The position numbers and the translations under genes are program-made. Below the pieces are notes generated by a model. That model saw only the letters and a list, made by a program, of their open reading frames with translations. It searched no databases and was not told where the DNA came from. From Bacteroidales bacterium (GTDB taxonomy: Bacteria; Bacteroidota; Bacteroidia; Bacteroidales; JACABE01), in NCBI GenBank assembly GCA_049315385.1, contig JBMOKG010000015.1, forward strand, positions 71 to 64,070: a stretch of 64,000 bases of DNA, given 5' to 3'. Shown here in pieces: positions 30,001 through 36,333 of the stretch. Numbering within the stretch: the first letter of the stretch is position 1; the number at the start of each line of letters is the position of its first letter.

Positions 30001-32226
30001 CCGCTGGTTGTTTATTACAAAGCCGTAAATTCATTAAGTGGATGTGAAAGTGTAGTTTACACAACTTCTGGTACTGCTTTCCAAATACCTCATATTTCAA
30101 ATTTTACAGCTGATACTATTTGTGGAGCTGGAAATGTACAACTCTCTGCAATTGCTTCAGTTGGTAATATTAACTGGTATAATCAAGCCAGTGGAGGCAA
30201 TTTACTTTCTTCATCTGCAACATATACTACTTCTATTCAAGCTACAACAACTTATTATGCAGAAGCAGTTAACAATTCATGTATATCATCTCCAAGAAGT
30301 GCAGTAACTGCTATTGTAAAAAGCGCTCCAAGTATTCAAGCAAGCATTTTAACATACCCGGCAATTACAAACAATTCTATTACAATAGCCTGGACACGTG
30401 GAAATGGAGATTCTGTTCTTGTTATTGCAAAGCAGGGAAGTTCAGTTAGTCAATTTCCAATAAGTTATGCTATTTATACTGCAAATGCTTATTTTGGAAA
30501 TGGTACTGCATTAGGAAATGGGAATTTTATTGTTTACAAGGGAACTGGCACCTCAGCCATTATTACAGGATTGTTAGCTGAAAATACTTACCATTTTGCA
30601 ATATATGAATACAACTCAATTTCATCATGTTATAAAACACCTGGATTATTGGGTTCTGCAACTACAGTTGCGAACTATTCAACTTTTTCAGCTACAGTAT
30701 CCAATGCCTGGGAAAATGCTGCCAACTGGAATCATGGCGTTCCTACTGCCTCAACTATTGCTACAATTGCTACCGCAAAATTAGCAATAGTAAATTCGAT
30801 TAATTTACAATGTAAAAAATTAATCATTGAACCAAGGGCAAAGTTAACGATTAATACTGATAAAAGCCTAAGTGTCATCGATACTTTAATTCTACAATCA
30901 GATGCATCAGGAACGGCTTCATTAATTGACAATGGCAGCTTATTAACTACAACAAATCTGGTGGAACGCTATATACCTCATACCAACACCGATGAATTTC
31001 ACATGCTGTCTTCACCGTTGACAACTCAACCTATTAGTCCTGTATTTAACGAAACAGATGGCTTTTATGTTTGGAATGAAGCAACTGCAAACTGGATTGA
31101 ATTTGGTAATACTGCTGCATTTACAACTACCAATGGAGGTAGTAATTTTGTTCCTGGCAAAGGCTATGCAATTTCATATCCTGCGAATGTTACTAAAACA
31201 TTTTCAGGTGCAAATCTGAATACCGGAAATGTAAATATTCCTCTTAGTGTTACGGCAGGTTTATATAGCGGATGGAATTTTGTAGCCAACCCCTACCCTT
31301 CGGCTATCAACTGGAATGCAACAAGTGGCTGGACAAGAAATATGTTGTCAGATGCTGGCAGTGGTGAAAAAGCGATCTGGGTTTGGAATGCAGCCACAGC
31401 TAACTACGGAGCTTATATTTCCAATGCTGCAATAGGCACCAATAGTGTGAGCAGACTTATTCCTTCGGCACAGGGATTCTGGGTAAAAGCTTCATCTGCA
31501 GGCACTTTAAGCATGAACAATTCAATCAGAGAACATGCTGATCAGGCTTTTCTGAAATCTACAACTACAATTCCAGATTTGCTTCGACTTTCAGTAAATG
31601 GAAGCACAAATACCTATAGTGATGAACTCATTATTCAGTTTGGCAATACAAATGATTTGGGTGGAGCTGAAAAAATGTTTAGTATGGATGCAGCAGCACC
31701 GGGAATTTACTCAACAAAATCAGGTAAGAACTGGAGTATCAGCATGCTTACCTCAATAGTTGATCATTCTACTATTCCTGTTGGGTTTAAAGCAGGTGTA
31801 AATGGTAATTATACAATAACAGTAAGTGATTTAAACAGTTTTACTTCACCCTGCTATTCCTATTTAAAAGATCTGGCTACCAATACTATCACTGATTTGA
31901 ATCATAATACTACTTATACATTTACAGCTTCGACCAGTGATAATACGAATCGTTTCCAACTACTATTTGCTGCTTCACCTTTGAACATTACTAATTATAA
32001 CACTCAGAATACCAGCATTTATGCATACAATAACAGTATTTATATAAATTCTAAGGAAGCAATTCTACAAATATGCATATATAATACAGTGGGGCAATTA
32101 CTCAAAACTGTTGAAAAAGCAAATAATAATACTGTAATCAGCATGAAGGAATATACTGCAGCTTATTATATTGTAAAAGTGATGACAGCAAAAAATATGT
32201 ATATTGAAAAAGTATTGATAAAATAA
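24028..32226 (+). CDS. Giant T9SS-sorted surface protein (2732 aa): 10 EYFxDxDPGxGNG repeats interleaved with three PKD/Ig/SprB-like triplets, PKD-like and Ig-like modules, an FN3-like module, and the shared C-terminal module
   Basis: ORF track. Signal peptide-like N-terminus (LLRFCVILQLQFAYGQ). The repeats are detailed under the repeat features. The tail is QICIYNTVGQLLKTVEKANNNTVISMKEYTAAYYIVKVMTAKNMYIEKVLIK. Confidence 0.9.
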   Translation: MKNINLKVIPWLLRFCVILQLQFAYGQNITKAEYFYDTEPGIGMGIPIQGFVADTTNGFTFTANVSGLDAGYHNLNVRVLDSLNTWSVVSSQFFLINPLETQQITNNISFQLSKAEYFIDTDPSVGNGISVFMLSGDTLIQSFTINIAQLALGNHIIGVRVKDITGNWSVAETKTFNIKSTACSSPNAFFTSDTVNAGNLTHFTNLSTNINQGTSYLWKINKLNDTISGSAKDFSYTFAMPGYYDVILKVSNTDTCTSFWQQKVIVGPVLSKLITITGSVTFCNGDSVILLAPNGSNYQWSNGSTTQQITVKTSGSYQVNYMDTYGYGTVSNQVNVKVNPVLDLTVDVSPANNSLPNGSAMAIINGGSSYIYNYNWSTGEHTMMCNGLAPGNYSITVSDGVCPVTKNYTVSNLSGNPHGIVKAEYYIDNINLPPQSLAISFNDTINSFCNIPLNGISAGYHYLYVRVLDSVGLWSIINGILFNIDSIIPPPIDTGFNLVKAEFFYDDVDPGIYKATSIAIQANNLDVLDQNIQIVVPDSLTQGFHYLNLRTYDKRYGWGVISRTLFYTNPPTDIFPPLQQANFNFVSAEYFYDNDPGIGNGKTLFVIPADTINMMYTTDLTGLSSGIHKIYVRVKDLSNKWSIVSFASFTIVTPVACTPPIPEFTYTSALPGQAVISTNTSTQINASSSYRWDLNNDTIADYTTLNCSHSFPIAGIYPVKLTINNGGNCINSVIHYITVGNQLSNLITPNGAIEFCDGGSVTLTAPSGSNFQWTSGETSQNIIVETSGIYQLTYTDLNGIARVSDMLEVKVNPLMNITIDVDDATNGLSNGSASANVSGGNSWSYQYQYSTGETLQTAVNLAPGGYSVFINDGKCPEAKAFTVHNIANVNNGIMYGEYYIDTIPESGVAHYFTLGQGDTINSNFHVPVSGLSIGIHFLNIRIKESTGLWSIPINLTFFVTDSISPPDTTNQKITTIEYFFDNNDPGPGNGIQIPIPIPATVIDYNFNINTLGLSSGFHYVSARVKDDKNYWSIILNKIIYIRPDTIYPQLQNIETPIVYAEYFIDQDPGQGNGITIPITPGFTIDQNFSVNTSALDTGNHIIGIRVKDMNNIWSVINSKIIHIIPQIGCLTPYVDFTFNQANAGDLVNFTNLSLNTNPNTEFNWYISNNINADFNTINASYTFLTSGIYNVRLMANNGSNCQSTVIKQINIGPLLSNSITANGNLEFCEGDSVSLTAPSGSNYFWPNGDTTNSITVTTSGIYQVVYTDLYGTVKVSDVLEVIVHSGMNITASVGFANTGLANGSASVSVSGGNSYIYSYLWSTGSTLSSITGVYSGAYTVNISDGVCINSTTINIPELSENLSEIIAAEYFFDNDPGPGLGTSVPVSMGESINVSVNANTNGLNAGLHVLLLRVKESTGLWSIIGNQQVYVYSPEIFPVPDTLPYIIAAEYFLNSDPGIGNGTPITINNPSANIDFNPIISIQGANFGSNIVGLRVKDNLKKWSDINSCSFMMCNPPSNPVAANDTIVCQGSTLTLKASNVNGATYEWTGPNGFTSVAQNPVLVADTGKSGYYKVYALNGGNCYSKPDSMKVDVKITPAKPGFITGPVDACLSDTVVFFVPILTGATSYLWDFPVPHTILAGFNTNTIAVRFDTVIASIPIRVRGISSCGSGPYSETFNLIINSQLPQSAAAISGSSSVCQGADTVLYTTPIINNATSYIWSLPSGAIIVSGNGTNAIRVHFTMNAVSGNIQVFGRNSCSDGLASNFHVTINTTPYVSLGSYSNICANGSPLVLNNGIPTGGIFSGNGIQNGTFNPIVAGIGTHTVLYTYTNAFNCTNTSTSSIKVVPVISQSGVISGPSTVCQNSVGNAYSVDPITDATSYIWTLPNGFSGQSNTNTIFANINTIAANGQIKVKGNNFCGNGPESTFEIIVNTAPSITQQALSQTRCGNGSLSFNAISSAGSVLQWSLDNFMNIAGTGNLFTIPNVQIANPLVVYYKAVNSLSGCESVVYTTSGTAFQIPHISNFTADTICGAGNVQLSAIASVGNINWYNQASGGNLLSSSATYTTSIQATTTYYAEAVNNSCISSPRSAVTAIVKSAPSIQASILTYPAITNNSITIAWTRGNGDSVLVIAKQGSSVSQFPISYAIYTANAYFGNGTALGNGNFIVYKGTGTSAIITGLLAENTYHFAIYEYNSISSCYKTPGLLGSATTVANYSTFSATVSNAWENAANWNHGVPTASTIATIATAKLAIVNSINLQCKKLIIEPRAKLTINTDKSLSVIDTLILQSDASGTASLIDNGSLLTTTNLVERYIPHTNTDEFHMLSSPLTTQPISPVFNETDGFYVWNEATANWIEFGNTAAFTTTNGGSNFVPGKGYAISYPANVTKTFSGANLNTGNVNIPLSVTAGLYSGWNFVANPYPSAINWNATSGWTRNMLSDAGSGEKAIWVWNAATANYGAYISNAAIGTNSVSRLIPSAQGFWVKASSAGTLSMNNSIREHADQAFLKSTTTIPDLLRLSVNGSTNTYSDELIIQFGNTNDLGGAEKMFSMDAAAPGIYSTKSGKNWSISMLTSIVDHSTIPVGFKAGVNGNYTITVSDLNSFTSPCYSYLKDLATNTITDLNHNTTYTFTASTSDNTNRFQLLFAASPLNITNYNTQNTSIYAYNNSIYINSKEAILQICIYNTVGQLLKTVEKANNNTVISMKEYTAAYYIVKVMTAKNMYIEKVLIK
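24112..28572 (+). repeat. 10 EYFxDxDPGxGNG repeats (~70-100 aa) in a 2-3-3-2 pattern, separated by three PKD + Ig-like + SprB-like triplets
   Basis: Repeat starts are KAEYFYDTEPGIGMG, KAEYFIDTDPSVGNG, KAEYYIDNINL, KAEFFYDDVDPGIY, SAEYFYDNDPGIGNG, YGEYYIDTIPESG, TIEYFFDNNDPGPGNG, YAEYFIDQDPGQGNG, AAEYFFDNDPGPGLG and AAEYFLNSDPGIGNG. Each ends ...G.H...(V/I)RVKD..(N/G).WS. The triplets contain (H/N)FTN(L/T)S PKD cores, FC.GDSV.L.AP.GSN(Y/F)(Q/F)W, and NGSA...(V/I).GG.S..Y.Y.WSTG...L.PG.Y(S/T)(I/V).(I/V).DG.C. Confidence 0.8.
30685..32226 (+). other. Shared C-terminal module copy 3 (tail type II)
   Basis: Starts at FSATVSNAWENAANWNHGVP. It carries the same motif series, then the tail DLNSFTSPCYSYLKDLATNTITDLNHNTTYTFTAS..NTNRFQLLFA and the CTD. 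Confidence 0.85.
31686..32153 (+). repeat. 468-bp tract 100% identical to 43724..44191 (paralog 3' ends)
   Basis: I compared the two stretches line by line at an offset of 12038. The flanks differ: a mismatch at 31685 (A vs C) and at 32154 (A vs T). Upstream identity drops to roughly 90%. Confidence 0.9.
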
Positions 32227-32288
32227 TCACACCCTAACTTCCAATACATCGGAACAAGCTCTCTCCAAAGGAGAGGGCGAAAAAAAAA

Positions 32289-32330
32289 AGAGCAAACAGA
32301 TGATTAAGAATCAAATGTTTGCTCTTTTTT
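32289..32330 (+). terminator. Rho-independent terminator after the 24028..32226 gene
   Basis: AGAGCAAAC (32289-32297) pairs with GTTTGCTCT (32317-32325). The stem is followed by TTTTT. Confidence 0.7.
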
Positions 32331-32344
32331 ATAAAAAAAATAAT

Positions 32345-33030
32345 CATAAGATATATGAAAATAAGGTTTTACTGAAATCTATAAATTCAATTCCTGATTT
32401 GCTTCGATTTCAGTAAATGGAACCTCCAATAACTATAGTGATGAACTCATGATTCAATTTGGTAATACAAACGATTTGGGTGGTGCCGAAAAAATGTTCA
32501 GTATGTATGCAAGAGCACCGGGAATTTACTAAACAATATCAGGTAAAAACTGGAGTATCAGCAAGCTTACCTCTATAGCTGATCATCCAATAATTCCGCT
32601 TGGTTTCAAAGCAGGTGTGGCAGGTGATTATATGATTTCAGTGATGGGTATTCAGGGATTGAACAATGTGATGCTGGAAGATTTAAAAGCAGGAACACAG
32701 CAGAATCTATCATTAAATAGCAATTATTCATTCAATGCACAAACCAACGATAACCCCAATCGATTTCTATTGCACTTTAATTCAACTGGAATAAATGAAG
32801 AAGTTGGCAAAACACCGAATATTTATTATGGGAATCATAGTTTAACTATAGATAATCCAAGGAAAGGCAAAACCATCCTTAATGTTTATGAAATAAGCGG
32901 GAAATTAATTCAATCTTTAGAAGCCAGCGAAGGAAATTCATCTTATCCTTTTAAGCCTGCATCAGGAGTGTATTTATTTAAATTAGTGAATGAATACAAT
33001 GTGTTTATGAAAAAGGAAGTAGTTTATTAA
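32345..33030 (+). pseudogene. 5'-truncated, decayed copy of the shared C-terminal module (last ~220 codons including a CTD)
   Basis: Alignment by eye to 54700-54960 and 31550-31800. Compare CTGAAATCTATAAATTCAATTCCTGATTTGCTTCGA-TTTCAGTAAATGGA with CTTAAATCTACAACAACAATTCCTGATTTGCTTAGACTTTCAGTAAATGGA. There is a 1-nt deletion near 32407 and TCA>TAA at 32529-32531 (GGAATTTACTAAACA). The frame is open afterwards to 33030; track ORF 32617..33030 is the tail of this copy. The 5' boundary is approximate. Confidence 0.8.
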
Positions 33031-33047
33031 AAGATGTTTTAATTTAT

Positions 33048-33086
33048 AGAGAGTAGCTATTTTTGATTAATTGCTCTCTTTTTTAT
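33048..33086 (+). terminator. Terminator retained by the decayed gene fragment
   Basis: AGAGAG(T)AGC pairs with GCTCTCT with one bulge. The stem is followed by TTTTTT (33079-33085). Confidence 0.55.
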
Positions 33087-33141
33087 TAACTTTTTCGTTA
33101 TTATCATGTTAATATAGTTTTGATTGGGTTTAATTTTTATA

Positions 33142-33149
33142 TAAGTTTG
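33142..33149 (+). promoter_or_regulatory. -7 promoter box TAAGTTTG with a TTTG -33 element at 33119-33122
   Basis: Lies 47 nt upstream of the regulator ATG. There are 19 nt between the -33 TTTG and the -7 box, matching the known Bacteroides promoter geometry. Confidence 0.45.
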
Positions 33150-33195
33150 CATATAAAGGAATCAAAATCATATTTGAAATAATTATATATTCAGA

Positions 33196-36153
33196 ATGAT
33201 GATAAAGAATTGGCTTTTTGTATTGCGAGTTAGCACATTTTTAGTCTTATTTTTCTTATCCTATTATTCTTTAGCTGAAAATGCAATTAATACGGATAGC
33301 CTAAAAAGAGTAGTTTCAGTTACAAATGATTATAAAAAGAAAATTGATATTTTAAATAAAATATCAGACAGTTATATTAACACAAATTCAACACTTTTTG
33401 ATTTATACAACCGTCAAAGTATAGCTTTGGCAGAACAATTCCATTATGATAAAGGCAAAGCTGATGCCATTTATTTAAATTTCAAAACATTTAAAATAAA
33501 GGATGATATTTCGAATGCACTAATATTTCTATATAAAGCAAAGGCAATATATTATAAATGTAAAGATTTAAACTCTTATGCCGATTGCCTGGTTGACGAA
33601 GGTAGTTTATTTATCAAAAAGCAGGAATTAAAAAAAGCCACGCTGGTATTATTCGAAGCAAAGAAAATATACGAATCAACAGGCAACAAAGGACAACTCG
33701 CTCTCTTGTATAGCACACTAGGTTCGCTCAATTATATACAAAACAAAACCAGAGAAGCCCTCTTATATCACGAAAAATCATTAGCCCTTAATATAGAGAG
33801 AGGATTTGATGTTGGAATTGCCGTTAATTATGTTAATATTAGTAATGTTTATAAAGCTCAGAAAAATTATTTGAAAGCTTATGATTATGTTCTGAAAGCA
33901 CTCGAAATAAAAGAAAAGCTTAAAGACAAAGCAGGTATTCAGAAATGTTATAATAATTTGGGCGTAATTCTAATGAATATGGGCGAACCTGCAAAAGCTA
34001 TTGCTTTTCACCTTAAAGCCCTCGATTTAGCTATAGAATTAAAAAAGGAAAATGATATTGCCATTTGCTATATCAATCTTGGATATGATTATTTAAAAGC
34101 ATTAAACTATACAAAAGCAATCGAATTTACATTAAAAGGATTAGAAATTGTAGATAAAAGCAAAGATATTTTCATGATAAAAGAAGCCGGTCGCGTACTG
34201 TCCGAATCTTACGCCGGTTTGGGTAATTATGCCGGAGCTTATAAATATCAAAAGCTTTACAAACAATATAACGACAGTCTGATTAAGCGAAATTACGATA
34301 AGGAACTAAACGAGATACAAGTCAGATACGAAACATCACAAAAAGACAACCAGATAAATGCACTTGAGATAAAATCGGCATCACAACAAGTCCGTTTGCA
34401 ACGTACCAGAGTATACGTGCTTTTATTTATCGGATTGTTTGTAATAGTAACAATTATAGTTGTACTTCTTTATAAACAATCGAAGAACAACAAGAAAATA
34501 CAAGTCAAATTAAAAGAGATTAACGATATAAAGTCTGCCTTTTTTGCCAATCTTTCTCATGAGTTTCGCACACCATTAACACTTATGCTCGGACCATTAG
34601 AAAAATTACTCGACAAAGCAAATAATGAAGATAAAATATTTCTGCAGCTAATCCATCGAAATGCCAGTCGTTTGCTTGCTCTCGACGAACAATTGCTGGA
34701 ATTTACACGTATTGATAGTGGTAATCAGAGACTAAAACTTGCCAAAGGTGACATTAGTTCATTGATATCAGCAATTGCTGAATCTTTTATACTTCATGCA
34801 AAAACTAAAAATATTCAATTCAATCAATATTATCCTGAGGAAAGAACTGAAGCAATTTTTGACCCTGATATTGTTGAGAAAGTCGTTGGAAATCTTGTAT
34901 CAAATGCTATAAAATACACTAAAAGAGATGGAAAAGTAGAAATTACAGTTTCCTTTATCGAAAATGAATTCAAAGTTCAAAACAAATCTATGTCAAATTT
35001 CAAAACAATCAGAATTGATGTTTCTGATAATGGACAAGGTATTCCTGTTGAGAAACAAAATGAGATATTTGAGAGATTTTATCAACTTAATAATTATACC
35101 AGTGGAATATACGATGGCTATGGTATAGGATTAGCACTTGTAAAAGAGCTTATACATCTGCACAAAGGACAAATTTTGCTAAAAAGCACTGAAGGCGAAG
35201 GTAGTTTGTTTACCGTATTACTTCCAATAGAAACTGATGCTTACAGTTCATATGAAATAAATAATGTCATTGCTTTAAAGACCTTCGATTATAAATCAGT
35301 AGAAATTAAAACTAATAATCAGGAATTATTAAGCACTGAAACACTTGTTGAGGATGAAAAATTTGAAAATATAAGTATTGATAAATTATCATTACTGGTG
35401 GTTGACGACAATCCTGATATGAGAACATATTTGAATGAAATCTTAAAAGACGATTATCATATTTCACTGGCTTCCGATGGTAATGAAGGATTACTGGCTG
35501 CAATAAATATCAAACCCGATTTGGTTATAACTGATGTAATGATGTTAAAAATGGATGGTATTGAATTTTGTCAGAAATTAAAATCAAACTCCAAAACCAA
35601 TCATATACCGGTAATAATGCTAACTGCTCTTACTACTTTAGAAGACAAAATATACGGTCTCAAAAACGGAGCTGACGAATATATGGAAAAGCCATTCAGA
35701 ACCAAAGAACTTATTGCAAGAATTAACAATCTGATTTCTCAACGAAAATTTCTTAAAGATTTATTTACAAAGGAATTAAAACTTGAACCAAAAGCCATAG
35801 CAATATCTTCATCCGATGCAACTTTTGTTCAGAAGTTAATAAATATTATCGAAAATAATATTGACAATCCCGATCTTGATGTAGAAGTTCTGGCAAGTGA
35901 AGCAGCTTTGAGCCGAAGTCAATTGCACCGCAAAATAACTACAATATCCGGTCAGTCAGCAAGCAATTTTATCAGAATTATTCGTATAAAGAGAGCGGCA
36001 CAAATGATTCAGCTGAAGTCGGGAAATATTTCCGAAATCATGTATTCAGTAGGCTTCAATAATCTTTCATATTTCTCCAAAAGTTTCAAAGAAGTCTATC
36101 AGATGACACCAAGTGAATACATGACTATACAGCATGAAACACAACTCACCTGA
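33196..36153 (+). CDS. Hybrid sensor histidine kinase / response regulator with C-terminal AraC-type HTH and an N-terminal TPR sensor region (985 aa)
   Basis: ORF track. N-terminal hydrophobic segment, then TPR-like repeats (about aa 90-370). TM helix VYVLLFIGLFVIVTIIVVLLY. H-box FFANLSHEFRTPLTLM. ATPase motifs DNGQGIP...GYGIGLALVKELIHLHKG. Receiver LLVVDDNPDMR...DLVITDVMMLKMDG...EKPF. AraC HTH ...IRIKRAAQMI...SEIMYSVGFNNLSYFSKSFKEVYQMTPSEY. Confidence 0.9.
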   Translation: MMIKNWLFVLRVSTFLVLFFLSYYSLAENAINTDSLKRVVSVTNDYKKKIDILNKISDSYINTNSTLFDLYNRQSIALAEQFHYDKGKADAIYLNFKTFKIKDDISNALIFLYKAKAIYYKCKDLNSYADCLVDEGSLFIKKQELKKATLVLFEAKKIYESTGNKGQLALLYSTLGSLNYIQNKTREALLYHEKSLALNIERGFDVGIAVNYVNISNVYKAQKNYLKAYDYVLKALEIKEKLKDKAGIQKCYNNLGVILMNMGEPAKAIAFHLKALDLAIELKKENDIAICYINLGYDYLKALNYTKAIEFTLKGLEIVDKSKDIFMIKEAGRVLSESYAGLGNYAGAYKYQKLYKQYNDSLIKRNYDKELNEIQVRYETSQKDNQINALEIKSASQQVRLQRTRVYVLLFIGLFVIVTIIVVLLYKQSKNNKKIQVKLKEINDIKSAFFANLSHEFRTPLTLMLGPLEKLLDKANNEDKIFLQLIHRNASRLLALDEQLLEFTRIDSGNQRLKLAKGDISSLISAIAESFILHAKTKNIQFNQYYPEERTEAIFDPDIVEKVVGNLVSNAIKYTKRDGKVEITVSFIENEFKVQNKSMSNFKTIRIDVSDNGQGIPVEKQNEIFERFYQLNNYTSGIYDGYGIGLALVKELIHLHKGQILLKSTEGEGSLFTVLLPIETDAYSSYEINNVIALKTFDYKSVEIKTNNQELLSTETLVEDEKFENISIDKLSLLVVDDNPDMRTYLNEILKDDYHISLASDGNEGLLAAINIKPDLVITDVMMLKMDGIEFCQKLKSNSKTNHIPVIMLTALTTLEDKIYGLKNGADEYMEKPFRTKELIARINNLISQRKFLKDLFTKELKLEPKAIAISSSDATFVQKLINIIENNIDNPDLDVEVLASEAALSRSQLHRKITTISGQSASNFIRIIRIKRAAQMIQLKSGNISEIMYSVGFNNLSYFSKSFKEVYQMTPSEYMTIQHETQLT

Positions 36154-36205
36154 TTAACCTTTTTCCTTAAAATACACAATAGCAATATAATAGATATTAA
36201 ATGAC

Positions 36206-36255
36206 ATAATGTTGCGACAACAATTGCAACATTATTATTAGTATTTGCAACATTA
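36206..36255. promoter_or_regulatory. Three-copy GCAACATTA site: perfect 10-bp inverted repeat ATAATGTTGC-N10-GCAACATTAT (36206-36235), plus a direct repeat TTGCAACATTA at 36224-36234 and 36245-36255 (21-bp spacing)
   Basis: Read directly from the sequence. The site lies between the AraC-type regulator stop (36153) and the giant gene ATG (36334), just upstream of the TATCTTTG box at 36283. The inverted-repeat part alone could instead be the regulator gene's terminator stem. Confidence 0.4.
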
Positions 36256-36282
36256 GTGTTTACCTTTCAGCTAACATAGAAA

Positions 36283-36290
36283 TATCTTTG
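36283..36290 (+). promoter_or_regulatory. Bacteroidota-type -7 promoter box TATCTTTG (TAnnTTTG)
   Basis: Matches the TAnnTTTG consensus 44 nt upstream of the ATG at 36334. Confidence 0.4.
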
Positions 36291-36333
36291 TAAAAAGAAA
36301 ATAATTTATTTAATACACTTAATCGGAAAGTTT

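Noticed and set aside
31686-32153. Diversity-generating retroelement template/variable repeat pair
   Set aside because: The two copies are identical rather than differing at adenines. Flanking mismatches are of all types. The tract is far longer than typical TR/VR pairs, and there is no reverse transcriptase in the window.
32617-33030. Track ORF 32617..33030 as a normal standalone gene
   Set aside because: Its GTG start is arbitrary. Homology to the shared C-terminal module continues upstream through a stop and a frameshift, so it is the distal part of a truncated pseudogene. Residual expression cannot be excluded.
36206-36235. Invertible promoter (phase-variation switch) bounded by inverted repeats
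   Set aside because: The arms are only 10 bp apart, so there is no invertible segment. No site-specific recombinase is encoded nearby. An operator or weak terminator stem are the better readings.
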